The notes below the pieces were generated by a model. It was not told the origin of the DNA, did not search any database, and saw only the letters and a program-made list of their open reading frames with translations. Shown here one piece after another: positions 1 through 10,200 of a stretch of 54,731 bases of DNA (position 1 is its first letter; every line of letters begins with the position of its first letter). The stretch is taken from NCBI GenBank assembly GCA_964353465.1, contig CAYGWQ010000003.1, positions 1-54,731 on the forward strand. Reading direction: 5' to 3'. Source of the stretch: an uncultured Acidobacteriota bacterium. GTDB taxonomy: Bacteria; Acidobacteriota; UBA6911. The position numbers were made by a program, and so were the translations under genes.

Positions 1-490
1 GCATGTCGCGGCTCGGATTCGGGGAAGGCTCAGGCTTCGCCGGGGCTGCAGGCACAGTCACCGCCGGGCCCGGCGCAGGCTGCCAGCGTATCGATCCGTC
101 GCTGAAACAGATGTTGATGCCGGCGCCGCCGTGATTAGATGGGGAGCGATCCTGGACGATCGGCTTTGGCCCGGAACCGCTTGCGGGCGGCGAGAGAATG
201 TAATCCGATTTGGCGTCGATTTCCTGGCGCAGGAGTATTTCGGTTGAAGTGCCGGGGCAGGTAAAGGCTTTGAGCTCCGTGATGTAGCCTGCAAAGCAGA
301 GTTCGGACAGTGATGCAGGCATGCGCCCCTGATTCACTCGAGAGAAGAGAACGCAGGCGCGGCCCAACCGCTGCAGTCGTTCGCGGCAGTCGCGCACGGG
401 ATCCTCCGCCGGGAATAAACCGGCACCTGGTCCCATGATGGTGAGAGGCAGCAGACAGATGAGAAAGGCAAGCACAATGCGTTTTGTCAT
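1..490 (-). CDS. hypothetical exported protein (partial; C-terminus lies beyond the window start)
   Basis: Hand translation of the minus strand from ATG 490-488 gives MTKRIVLAFLICLLPLTIMGPGAG... and stays open to the window edge. It is missing from the ORF track because there is no stop in the window. The N-terminus is hydrophobic and signal-like. The distal stretch NHGGAGINICFSDGSIRW resembles the H-X9-DG motif of DUF1559-type proteins, with spacing one residue longer. The listed ORF 58..294 is in a different frame. Confidence 0.45.
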   Translation of the reverse strand, partial: MTKRIVLAFLICLLPLTIMGPGAGLFPAEDPVRDCRERLQRLGRACVLFSRVNQGRMPASLSELCFAGYITELKAFTCPGTSTEILLRQEIDAKSDYILSPPASGSGPKPIVQDRSPSNHGGAGINICFSDGSIRWQPAPGPAVTVPAAPAKPEPSPNPSRDM

Positions 491-724
491 GATCAAGACC
501 TCACGACTCAGCTGTATTGCCTGAAATGGATTGCGCGCCATGGGTGAACCGCTGACTGGCCCAATATTATATCCCAGGTTTCGACAATTTCGGCCGCCTT
601 GTTTGCGGAGCGGGTGAGGGTTTTGCAGCAAATGCTTTTCATCTGTCACAACGATTTGTTAGTATGGAAGTCACCCAAGAGATATTCCTATTTTTGCCGC
701 GTCAAAGAAACACCGGGAGGGATT

Positions 725-1798
725 ATGAAAAGATTTTCCGCCTGCGCCTTCTTATTGGTTTCGTTGCTGCTGAAGCCAGGCTTGCCGACTATGGCGCAGA
801 ACATGGTCGAGGGGCGGACACAAGAGTTTGTGGCACTCGCGAACAGCCCCGGTTTGTGTGTGACCAGAGTCGAGCCCCGGGTCGTGTTGTTCCGGGTGGA
901 ATGCATCCAACCGAAATTTCAAGCCGTGATCTGGGAGGGGCTCCCGCGTGAAGGTGATTTCATCGACACTTCTGGAGCGAATTGGGTGCGGATTCGGGCA
1001 TTCTATTCGTTTGCGGCAGGCGAAAGCCGGCTCACAGGGCAAGGAGTGCAGGTAAAGATCGCGGAGTGGGCGCCAGGTGTATCGACGCAACGAAAGACCA
1101 ATACCATACGCCTGTCCAATCAACCGTGGGATTTCTCCCTGCGCGGCCAGAATCCGTGCGCCGGCGGACAACCGGCGGCCGATGCCGGCTACAAAGTTCG
1201 ACCGGGATCCGTTGAACCGCCGCGCGCTGGGGGAGCGGAGGCCATCGACCTGTCATTTTGCCGTGATATTGCGGGAACCTGGAGGTTCCGCGATGGCGGC
1301 ACCATGGAGCTCGATCCCCAGGGCGGCGCCATCGGATTTGACCGCAACCGGAAAGAAACGAACCGGGGCCGATGGAAGTGCCTCCGCGGAACCGGCGTAA
1401 CAATTGAGATCAGCTGGAACATAGGGGGATGGAGGGATACTCTCCGGCTCTCTCCCGATTCACTGCGGCTGGAAGGACAGAACCAGATGAATACTCAGCT
1501 TCGGGGCGAACGGGTGACTTCAAACCTGGTGAAATGTCAGGCGGTGGCAGGAGTCTGGAGATGGTTTAATGGAGAAATCACCGAACTGGACCGGAACGGC
1601 GGAGCGGTTGGATTTGATCGCAACTCCAAGGAGGTGAACCGCGGGAACTGGCGATGTCTCGAAGGCACGGCAGTGAGGATCGAAATCACCTGGTTGAAGG
1701 GTGGCTGGGTGGATACACTCACCCTCAGTTCGAATCTCCAAAGGCTCGAAGGACAGAATCAGGCCAAATCGAAGGTGTGGGCCGAACGAATGAAGTGA
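725..1798 (+). CDS. secreted hypothetical protein with two tandem ~85-aa repeat domains
   Basis: Inside ORF 599..1798. The internal ATG at 725 is preceded by GGGAGGG (714-720) and followed by the signal-like MKRFSACAFLLVSLLLKPGLPTMAQ. The C-terminal half contains two clearly homologous repeats (CRDIAGTWRFRDGG...LEGQNQ and CQAVAGVWRWFNGE...LEGQNQ). Confidence 0.7.
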   Translation: MKRFSACAFLLVSLLLKPGLPTMAQNMVEGRTQEFVALANSPGLCVTRVEPRVVLFRVECIQPKFQAVIWEGLPREGDFIDTSGANWVRIRAFYSFAAGESRLTGQGVQVKIAEWAPGVSTQRKTNTIRLSNQPWDFSLRGQNPCAGGQPAADAGYKVRPGSVEPPRAGGAEAIDLSFCRDIAGTWRFRDGGTMELDPQGGAIGFDRNRKETNRGRWKCLRGTGVTIEISWNIGGWRDTLRLSPDSLRLEGQNQMNTQLRGERVTSNLVKCQAVAGVWRWFNGEITELDRNGGAVGFDRNSKEVNRGNWRCLEGTAVRIEITWLKGGWVDTLTLSSNLQRLEGQNQAKSKVWAERMK

Positions 1799-1926
1799 GG
1801 AAGACAAAAATCGGCAGGTGGCCATTGAAAACCGATAAAAATGGGACACGGATTCACACGGATCGGATGAGCATCTTTCGCCGCCGCCGATCTGTGTTTG
1901 ATCTAAGACCTCTTATCAGAATATAG

Positions 1927-2117
1927 TGTACCCCAAAAACTGGACAGGTGATTAAGGTGTAAAATCGCTACCGCCTCGGGGGGGAAGAGCGATGAAGAAA
2001 GAGCGGAAGCGGTATGATGGAACACTCAAGGCAAAAGTGGCGGTGGAAGCGATCAAAGGTCAGCGGACGGTAAACGAAATTGCATCGGCCTACGGAATCC
2101 ATCCGCATCAAGTCACT
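1927..2117 (+). mobile_element. IS3-family insertion sequence remnant: left terminal repeat plus truncated orfA (about the first 42 codons)
   Basis: TGTACCCCAAAAACTGGACAGGTGA starting at 1927 looks like an IS3/IS150-group terminal inverted repeat. The ORF from 1992 reads MKKERKRYDGTLKAKVAVEAIKGQRTVNEIASAYGIHPHQVT, the HTH N-terminus typical of IS3-family OrfA. The resemblance stops at about 2117. Confidence 0.6.
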
Positions 2118-2120
2118 GAC

Positions 2121-2504
2121 CAGCCCCAGTCGCTCCCACATCTGGTGCCCCACATGCACCGGCCCAGCCTGCCGCGCCTCCTCGACCTCCACCCGGTCGG
2201 TGTCCACCTTCACCATCGCGCCGGCAGGCGGGCGAGAGCCGCGGCGCTTGGCGCTACGCCGCCGCGCCGATTCCAGCACAGCCTCGAACTTCGCGTCGGA
2301 AGCATCCAAAGGCAACTGGCCCCGCAGAGCGGATTCCAGCCGGTGAGCCAGAGCCAGCCATTCCTCCGCTGCAGCGGGAGCGAGATTGCCGAGGGAACAA
2401 ATGGAGCGTTGGCCCGGCCCCTTGGGCGTGTGGACCGATTCGACGAAGAGATAGTTGGTGTAGGTTTTACCTTTGTATTTCCGGGTACTCTTGCGAATGT
2501 ACAT
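2121..2504 (-). pseudogene. IS1634/IS4-like DDE transposase, N-terminal fragment only
   Basis: MYIRKSTRKYKGKTYTNYLFVESVHTPKGPGQR... is a typical IS1634-group transposase N-terminus. It is recognisable for about 128 codons (to ...GHQMWERLGL, near 2121), where it abuts the IS3 fragment head-on. The rest of listed ORF 1968..2504 is just antisense of the IS3 piece. The AT-rich 2505-2760 may be the leftover IS end. Confidence 0.55.
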
Positions 2505-2882
2505 TTTCCACTACATATATCTAACTGTCCTTTCACTGTCAAGACAAATCCTCACTATATTAGTCACTATTTTCAGGATTTAGAGAGCCGTCTAATGAAA
2601 ACAAAGGACTTGTTGCTGGCAATCCCCTGAAAATACCGAAAATCGCGCGGCCGCATTCGGAAGCTGGGTTAGCAGCGTCCATGGTAAGACACGGCAATAC
2701 AATTATTTACGACTCGGCTGAGTTTCTTCACCACACGGGCATTATCCAGCCGGAGCAAGCCTAATCAGGGCTGCAAGATTGGCGGGCGAGAAGGTTGAAT
2801 GCACAGCATATTCGCCGCCTGTCCCGATCCCCAGGGAGAGCAGCTTCCAGGAGCCGGACCTGGACGGCGCGCAGGGCGCGCT

Positions 2883-5564
2883 TCATTTTCCCTTGCCGGC
2901 GCCGGCCCAGCGCGGGTCGTTCTCGGGCAGGTATTTGCCGACCAACTCGAGCAGTTCGATGGCGTTCAAGCTCCACTGGGAGGTGTTGTTGGTCGACACG
3001 CCCGGGACTTCGTCCACGGCGATCGGGACGTCCGCACTCTCGATCCTCGCGGATGAGAACATCTGGCGGGCGCCGCCCCTGAGGCCCGTTCCCAGAAAGT
3101 CCTGCCAGGCGCGCCGGGCCAGCCTGGCGTCCAGTTTCACATAGGCCGCGAAGGCCGCCATCTTGGCATAGGAATCGCCACGGCTGCTGTTCATGGCCGC
3201 GCCCAGAACCTTCACCTGCTCTTCGGCAGGCGCCGTCAGCAGCTCGCAATACTGCAGCCATGCCTCGTCCCACTCCGGCAGCTGGATCAGGCCGCGCATC
3301 TCGAAGCACAGTTCCGGCCCGCCGAACAAATTCGCCAAGTGAGGCGTGAACACTTCATCGTGCAGGTGGTACAGCATCCCGGTCTTGGGATCGTATCCAT
3401 ACGACTGCCCGGAAAACATCTTGTGCGGCATCGCGGCCATGCACTTCATCCCGGTCATGATCTTGTCACGGTACCGGGTATCGCCCGTCCGTTCCCAGGC
3501 CACCAGCCAGTTGCTGCAGAAGGCGAGCCAGTCCGGGCCTACGCGGGCGTGCGTGGGATATTGGGTCTTCGGTTCAATCTTGCGGAGCGGATCGATGTCC
3601 ACCAGGCGGAAATCGACGTCAACGACTTCCTGCATCAGATCGCCAGTGCGCTCGTCGGTCGTGAGGTAGTAATAAAACCGTTTGAGCATGGCCGCGCTGA
3701 TCCGTGCCTCCTTGGCGCCGTCGCCCCAGTGGCGCACGTTGTGGCGCGATCCCAATCCCGCGAACCGGCCCAGATGGTAGACGTCCACTTCCTGAACGTG
3801 CCGCGTCATCGCCTCGGCCATGCGGAAGACGTCGGGCCGCCCCGTGCGCAGGAAGCCGTACCACAGCCACAGCTCCGGCCCCAGCTCGCCGTTGGCCCAG
3901 GCAAAGCCGCCGACATCACTGCGCCAAGTGTGACGGGCCGGTTCATACGAGTGCATCACGTCGCCGTAGTCCCAGAAGCCGTACCAGCGCCGCTGTTCGA
4001 TCTGGCCCTGATAGAAAGCGATGGCCAGGTCGAGCTGTTCTTCGATCCACTTCTTCCCCGGTGTCGAGCGGTCGGGGAGGCTCCAGAAGCCGAATGCCGG
4101 GATCGAGTGGTAGTACTCCGGCGTGCACACCAGCCGCGGCATTTCAGCTCCGGCCCTGGACAACTTCAACAACTCCTCATTCCCGGGGGTTTCCGCAAAT
4201 GCGCGTAACGTCAACTCGGTCGTGCGCGCCACGCCGGTGGCGGTGCTGAAGCCTTTGTCGATGTCCTCGTACGATGCTTCGAGCCCGTGCTCTTTGATGT
4301 CGTAGTGCCGCAGGTCCATCGCCGGCGCATCCGGCGAATACATCCAGGCGGTCAGCTCCGCCGTCTCGGCGCCGGCCCCGGCGATCTCCAACCCGGTCGG
4401 CGCCAGCTGCCAGAAGTTCTTCATCCCCACGGCCAGGCCGCCGGTCGTGTCACCCACGAAAGCCAGCCCCAGCGACCGCTTCCCTGCCGCGACGTTGATC
4501 CAGCTGCTGTGTGCGCCGGTTCGCTTCTGGATCGCGAAAGAGTCGGCCGAGATCTGCACCAGCTTGTAGCCGTCCCAGACAGCCATCATTTCCACGTTCT
4601 GCTTGCCGGGGAGATCCTCGAGGTTGGGAATCGGTTTGCCGGCCACTTGCCTGGCATACAGGTCAGGAGACGGATTCCGCCTGCCGGCGATCAGCCGCAC
4701 CGGCTCCGCGAGCATCCCCGTTTCGCCGGCCAGGCGCACGTGGCGGTTATGCAACTGCTCTCGCATCGGGATCGAAAATCGCACGCCCAGGCCGCGGATA
4801 AAGTCTTTCTCCTGGTCGCCGTCAAAGACGAAGGAGTGGACCATGTGCACCGAATCGAGGCCCGCGTAAAAGTAGAGACGCAGCGTGAACGGCAGCCAGG
4901 CGCGGCCCGACCTGGCAGCTTGATGATTCCCTTCTATTTTGACTACTGCGCGGACGGGGCCGGACTGCTCCAGCGTCACCGTCCGGATCCGGCTGACAAA
5001 CGTTTCCTCGCGCAGTGTTCCGGCGCTCTCCAAATCGGCGCGGTTCTCCAGCACTGCGATCAGCCGGCCGCTTCGCCCCACTTCCCGGCCGGCGATTTTC
5101 AGGGATTCGATGAAAGTAGCGCCCTCGCCGGGAATGCGGCATTGGATCGCGCCGGTATCAATATCAATGGCGCCGGCATTTCGGACCGCACGGACAACGG
5201 CTTGCGGCAGTGCCGGATTGCCCGGCGCCAACATCAACGGCCCGGCGAGTTCGGGACCGGCGCTGATCGCATGGCCCGTCCACTTGAGAGAGCCGTCAGG
5301 CCAGTACGCCAGCGGCCAGGTCTGCACCGGTACGACTCTGCCGCCGGCTGCCGCCAGAGAAAACGCAGTGTTCTTAAGCATCGATCCCTTCGGCCAGGGA
5401 ACCCCGAAACTGACGCCCTGAGTTACGGATGGTACGGCGCGGCCGAGCCAGTTGAGGGAGACAGCCTTCGCCGGAACCTGGGGCAACAACTCCTGGGAGG
5501 GCCGGAAGCTGGAAAAGAATCCCACAGCAAGCAACAGAGGAAGGAAACGCTTTTTCCGATTCAT
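2883..5564 (-). CDS. exported pectin-cluster enzyme, YetA-like / putative PL26-type exo-rhamnogalacturonan lyase family (family assignment tentative)
   Basis: Inside ORF 2883..5696. The start was moved to ATG 5564 (MNRKKRFLPLLLAVGFFSS signal) because the upstream 44 codons translate the intergenic 9-bp repeat. It is a protein of about 890 aa with motifs I associate with YetA-like exo-rhamnogalacturonan lyase family proteins (WPLAYWPDGSLKWTGHA, GFWDYGDVMHSY, RHNVRHWGDG). The genomic context is GH28/GH105. Confidence 0.6.
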   Translation of the reverse strand: MNRKKRFLPLLLAVGFFSSFRPSQELLPQVPAKAVSLNWLGRAVPSVTQGVSFGVPWPKGSMLKNTAFSLAAAGGRVVPVQTWPLAYWPDGSLKWTGHAISAGPELAGPLMLAPGNPALPQAVVRAVRNAGAIDIDTGAIQCRIPGEGATFIESLKIAGREVGRSGRLIAVLENRADLESAGTLREETFVSRIRTVTLEQSGPVRAVVKIEGNHQAARSGRAWLPFTLRLYFYAGLDSVHMVHSFVFDGDQEKDFIRGLGVRFSIPMREQLHNRHVRLAGETGMLAEPVRLIAGRRNPSPDLYARQVAGKPIPNLEDLPGKQNVEMMAVWDGYKLVQISADSFAIQKRTGAHSSWINVAAGKRSLGLAFVGDTTGGLAVGMKNFWQLAPTGLEIAGAGAETAELTAWMYSPDAPAMDLRHYDIKEHGLEASYEDIDKGFSTATGVARTTELTLRAFAETPGNEELLKLSRAGAEMPRLVCTPEYYHSIPAFGFWSLPDRSTPGKKWIEEQLDLAIAFYQGQIEQRRWYGFWDYGDVMHSYEPARHTWRSDVGGFAWANGELGPELWLWYGFLRTGRPDVFRMAEAMTRHVQEVDVYHLGRFAGLGSRHNVRHWGDGAKEARISAAMLKRFYYYLTTDERTGDLMQEVVDVDFRLVDIDPLRKIEPKTQYPTHARVGPDWLAFCSNWLVAWERTGDTRYRDKIMTGMKCMAAMPHKMFSGQSYGYDPKTGMLYHLHDEVFTPHLANLFGGPELCFEMRGLIQLPEWDEAWLQYCELLTAPAEEQVKVLGAAMNSSRGDSYAKMAAFAAYVKLDARLARRAWQDFLGTGLRGGARQMFSSARIESADVPIAVDEVPGVSTNNTSQWSLNAIELLELVGKYLPENDPRWAGAGKGK

Positions 5565-5605
5565 AGATATTTCCAATCGCTGATTCGCTGCGAAGCGTCG
5601 CAGAC

Positions 5606-5631
5606 CACGAAATACACGAAATATACGAAAT
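5606..5631. repeat. 9-bp tandem repeat R1 (CACGAAATA x3, imperfect)
   Basis: cacgaaata-cacgaaata-tacgaaat. It lies 10 nt after the GH28 stop (5642) and 41 nt before the downstream start (5564). It is inverted relative to R2 and R3. Confidence 0.85.
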
Positions 5632-5641
5632 CCTTTGTCGG

Positions 5642-7225
5642 CTAATAAATCTGCCGGGCCGCGCGCTCGAGTCTCGTGTCGGCGAGGCCTTTGCACTGAT
5701 GAAGGCTGAAGTCCTCGATATTCTTCAACACGAAGGTCGGAACATCCGGAGCATGTTGTGCCTTGACATGCTGGAAGTCTGCGCCCTTGACCTCCCAGAG
5801 GACGAACGCCGGCCGAAGGTCTTCCTTCAGGTAGCTGACCTCGACATTGCTCAGCTCGATTCCCTTAACGTGGCGGATGAAGAAGCCGTAAGCCGGGATC
5901 TCGCCGAACATTCTTGGTTCAGGGTAGTCGTTCTCCCTCTCGGGCGGTTCCAGCGCAGCCTGTTCCTTCGTGCCGCCTCCCTGATAGAAGATACGGATAT
6001 TGCTCAATTTCACATCTTCAATGTCATGGCCGGGGATGCCGCTGATGATCGATCCGAAGCGCGGATCGGCGTTGTACACAAGGATATTGCTGAGGATCAC
6101 GCGCCGCAGCGCGCCCACGGGAGTGCCCTGAGGGCCGCGCATGCGGCTGCCGAGCCGGAGGAATATCGGCGCGTTCACGATATCGCGCATCGTTATGTTC
6201 GTGATGGTGATATCTTCGAGCAGCCCGCCGTCCACGGTCTCGAGCGCGAGCCCGCGACAGCAGACAAACACGCAGTTGGAGATCGTGATATTTTTAAAGC
6301 CGCCATTCGATTCCGTGCCGAACTTGATGCGCCCCGTAACCCCGCCGCGATCGGGGGCCTGCGCATCGTTGCGTTGATAGGTGCCGTCCAGGAACGTCCC
6401 CCGGTCATAGCCGCTGACCTGGCAGTTGGTGATGGTCACGTTTTCGGTGGCACGCGCAAACCCCAGCCCGTACGAACTCTTGAGGCAAATGGCATCGTCC
6501 CAGGGCGAGTTGACGCTGCAGTTGGCGATGCGCACATTGCGGCAGGAGTCGATATTGATGCCGTCGCGGTTGGTGTCGATCCTGAGATTGTCAATGGTGA
6601 GATTGTCCACCCCGGTCGCCAGCATGCCGAAGTGGCCGCCCTGAAGGATCGAGATGTCGCGGATCGTGACATTGCGGCAGAGTTTGAGGCCGATGGATTT
6701 ATTGCCTACGCCCGGGCGCGGGTTGCCTTCGCGGGTCAGGCCTTTGCCGTAGATCATTCCCTGACCGAGGATTGAGACGTTTTCAATGCCCTCACCCCAG
6801 ATCAGACTGTTGTGCCAGTGGCTATGGCCGAAGTCCTGGAATTTGTCCGACGGGTTTGGCTCGGCCGGATCATAGCCGCCGCTGCTTTCTGCCGGCGGCG
6901 GATCGGCCGCCAGGATCGTCGCGCCTTGTTCGAGGTACAACGATATCCTGCTTTTGAGGCGGATCGAGAAACTCAGGTAGGTCCCGGCCGGAAAACGAAC
7001 TGTGCCTCCCCCCGCGGCCGCTGCTGCTTCGATCGCCTTGTTAATCGCCGGAGTGTCCAGCGCCTGGCCATCGCCTTTAGCGCCAAACGATCTCACATCG
7101 TAAACCCCCGCCAGCCCTCCCGGAACTGGTGCAACCCCCTCCTTCTGCGCCTGCGCTGCCGACAGGCAGGCCGCCAAAATCAGCAGGCCCAGGGCTGTGA
7201 AGAAAAACGGCCTCCTATTCATCAT
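5642..7225 (-). CDS. glycoside hydrolase family 28 (polygalacturonase / rhamnogalacturonase-like), exported
   Basis: Inside ORF 5642..7273. The start is at ATG 7225 or 7222 (MMNRRPFFFTALGLLILAACLSAAQA signal). Beta-helix GH28 motifs are present: VRSFGAKGDG, TNRDGINID, SPWDDAICLKS, GRIKFGTES. Confidence 0.9.
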   Translation of the reverse strand: MMNRRPFFFTALGLLILAACLSAAQAQKEGVAPVPGGLAGVYDVRSFGAKGDGQALDTPAINKAIEAAAAAGGGTVRFPAGTYLSFSIRLKSRISLYLEQGATILAADPPPAESSGGYDPAEPNPSDKFQDFGHSHWHNSLIWGEGIENVSILGQGMIYGKGLTREGNPRPGVGNKSIGLKLCRNVTIRDISILQGGHFGMLATGVDNLTIDNLRIDTNRDGINIDSCRNVRIANCSVNSPWDDAICLKSSYGLGFARATENVTITNCQVSGYDRGTFLDGTYQRNDAQAPDRGGVTGRIKFGTESNGGFKNITISNCVFVCCRGLALETVDGGLLEDITITNITMRDIVNAPIFLRLGSRMRGPQGTPVGALRRVILSNILVYNADPRFGSIISGIPGHDIEDVKLSNIRIFYQGGGTKEQAALEPPERENDYPEPRMFGEIPAYGFFIRHVKGIELSNVEVSYLKEDLRPAFVLWEVKGADFQHVKAQHAPDVPTFVLKNIEDFSLHQCKGLADTRLERAARQIY

Positions 7226-7260
7226 CGCAATCTCCAATCTACCTCGAAACCTTCGACCGG

Positions 7261-7288
7261 ATATTTCGTGCATTTCGTGTATTTCGTA
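7261..7288. repeat. 9-bp tandem repeat R2 (TATTTCGTG x3, imperfect)
   Basis: atatttcgtg-catttcgtg-tatttcgta. It lies 1 nt from the GH2 stop (7290) and 35 nt upstream of the GH28 start (7225). Confidence 0.85.
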
Positions 7289-7289
7289 A

Positions 7290-10200
7290 TTATCTTTCCT
7301 GTAGTTTCCGTTCGTCCGTGATCAATGCCAGTTCCGCGAGCGCAGCCGTAGTGTCTGAGCCGAAACCGGATAGCGCCGTGAACTTCAGGAAGCGCGCCGT
7401 AACCGTCTGCGCAAACCGGACTCGCTGCGGGGAAAACGACGAGGCCAGCTCGCCGCGTGCCGCTTCCCGCCATTGACTGCCGTCGTCGCTCACCTGGACG
7501 AGGTACTCGCGGATGTCGCCCTGGTGTTCGCGGTGGTTTTGACGCGGCATGCAGACGAGGCCGGACATGGCGACGGGAGCCGGGAAACTGACGATCAGCT
7601 CGTGCGGGTATCCCGGTCCGCGTTCGCCGGCCAGCCAAAACGTATTGGGATCGCCATCGACGGCATTCGCCGGCTGGCCGGCCGCCTGGGCCTTGGCGCC
7701 GAGCTTGCGCATGATTTGTGTATCGAACAGCAACGAGCGCATTTCCGAAGTCGAGACGGCGACCGTCGGCTCAAATCGCGTGGTGGCCATGTAGTCCAGC
7801 AGCGAACGGCGCAATTGCCGGGCTGCGGGCCGTGAGTCCAGAGAATCCACCAGGTCGGCGGAACAGACCATCAGCCGGCCGCGGCCGACCTTGCACTCGA
7901 ACACCATGCCGAGTTTGTAGTTGCGATTCCAATCGTCAATGGGTTGCACAATCGGCTGAAGCCCGCGCGGCAGGCGATCCAGGTTTATGGCACGCATGCG
8001 CCGGACAAGCTCGATCCACTGCCAGTCGAAGGACGATTCCGTAGGGAAACCCGACAGCGCCGGATGCCTGGCATCGCACCAGAGTCCCAACATGCGGCCC
8101 CAGCCCGGAGTCATCATCCGGTTCCAGAAAATCGGCACGACGTCGAGCGGCGGGCTGGTCCAGTCAAGATCTGCCGGGCGAGGAAGAAAGAGCAACTTGC
8201 CGCCGGCCATTAAGGCAGCTTCCGCCTCATCCCATGCGCTGGTGATCAATACATCGCTCGCCGGCGCAGAATCCGCCTGCGCCGGATACAGCCAGAACTT
8301 CCAGTCGTTCTCAAAGGCTGTCCCCTGGAGTCCCACAACCAGCTTGTAAGCCTGCGGCGCTGCCAGATGTGAAAGATCCAAGGATATTTTGCCCAGTGGG
8401 ATGTTTTTGCCGAGAGGGATCGTCGCGGCCTGCAATTGCCCTCTCGCAACCGTGGCGCCGCCGGCATTCACAATCTTCCAAACAGGCACGGCTCCCACGA
8501 TCGGTTGGGAGCCAAAATGCGCCGCTTCCACATCGGCGTCCAACCGGTCTGCTGTGGTGAACACCTGGTTCTTGAGCCGCACCAGCGGCACGGTGGTGTT
8601 GCAGAAACGCCGGAATTCTTCGGGCGTTGCGTAGCCTTTGGATTCCCAGAACGGATCGAGCAGGCCGACCAGTGCCGTACCCTGCCCGATATAATCGTGC
8701 AGGTCCAGCAACTGGAATCCGCTCAGCCCGGGCGTGCGCAGGTTGGCTTCGATATCTTCCTTGTAGCAGGCCAGCTGATAGCGGCCCGAGGCATAGGCGA
8801 AGTCCCGGTTCCTGTCGAGCAGGCCATGCGCGGCCAGTGAGTCGCGGAAGATCTCGTAGTTTCCCGGCCGCAGGTAGCCGGTGAATTTTTTGATAACATC
8901 GTAGTTGGGGTATGCGCACCACTGCCCCGTTTCATGAGACACGACAGGAATGTTGACCCCCTTTAATGAGCTCGCGTAATCCCGCCCGAACCACGCCGAT
9001 TCCTTGCGCAGCATGTTCAGGCCGATGCGGTGGACCGCGAGGTAATCGGCGCCCTCCACGGGTCCGGGCGCGTCGATCAACGACCAGCCGGTGCCCGTCG
9101 TATAGAGCCGCCGCGGGTCTTCGCGGCGGAAGTGCTCCACCCACCTGGGCAGGGACTGCTTCCAGTTGCCGCCCGGTTCATTGCTCGGGGAAAGGAGCAT
9201 GAATGACGGATGGTTCCCATAGGACTTGATCATCCGCGCAGTTTCCTCGTACATCATCCGCTCCATCTCACTTCCCGGGCTGATCTCATTCCACATGCCG
9301 CATTCGGGTTGAAAATAGAAACCCAGTTCGTCCGCAGCGATGAACGCCGCCTCGGGCGGACACCAGGAATGAAAGCGCATGTGATTCAATCCCCAGGCCT
9401 GGCAGATGCGGATGATCCGCTTCCAGGATGCCACGTCGGAGGGCGGGTAACCGGTAAGCGGGAAGTCACCGCCGTTGTGGGTGCCGCGCAGGTTCGCTTT
9501 GCGGCCGTTGAGGATGAACTCGTTTCCCTGCGCCCGGAACTCACGCAGTCCGAAGACCAGCTCGCGGCGATCGTCGGCCTGATCTCCTGTGAGCAGCAAT
9601 GTCAGCCGTTGCAGGGCCGGAGTGAATTCATCCCACGGCTGCGCGTCTTTGCTCAGCGGCACCTCGAGTTCCGCTCTTCCTCCCTTGGCATCCATGGCCA
9701 CTGGGGTCGAGATGCTGCCGACGCTCAACGTCACCGTTCCGGTCCGGCCCGTCCTGTTGCCGATCTGAACCTTGATGAGCGCGGACTTCTTCGCCACGTT
9801 GGAAAACACCTGGGCGTCGTCGATCCAGACGGGGCTGGTCGCGGTCAGCTCGATCTTTCCTGTGATCCCATTCCAACTGCTGCCCAGGGAGTCGGATACA
9901 CTATGGGCGTCAGGACGATAGGGCAGGATCATGCGGTTGTCCACCCGGATGCTCAGGCGGTTCCTGCCGGGCGCCATGATTCCGAGGTCGTACACGTGCG
10001 GCGCCACAAGACTGTTGCACGATCCTATTTTCGTTTTGCCGAGCCAGACCGTAGTCTCCCAGCGCGGCCTTTCCAGGGTCAGCACTACCCGGCGGCCCTG
10101 CCAGGCACGCGGAATCTCGATGTCGCGTTGATACCAAGCCGCGCCTAGATAATGCCGGGGCGGCTGGCTGAGGAAAGGCACCTTGACGTTGCCCGTCTTC

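Noticed and set aside
58-294. 78-aa minus-strand ORF at the window start.
   Set aside because: - It is in a different frame from the much longer open frame that starts at ATG 490 with a signal-like peptide.
- Its composition is low in complexity.
1847-1866. CACGGATTCA-CACGGATCGG, a two-unit repeat resembling the CACGAAATA family, downstream of CDS 725..1798.
   Set aside because: - There are only two units, with a different period (10) and a different sequence.
- That is too little to call a member of the same family.
1968-2630. ORFs 1968..2504(-) and 1992..2630(+) taken as intact genes.
   Set aside because: Each is a chimera: a genuine transposase N-terminal fragment followed by the antisense translation of the other IS fragment.
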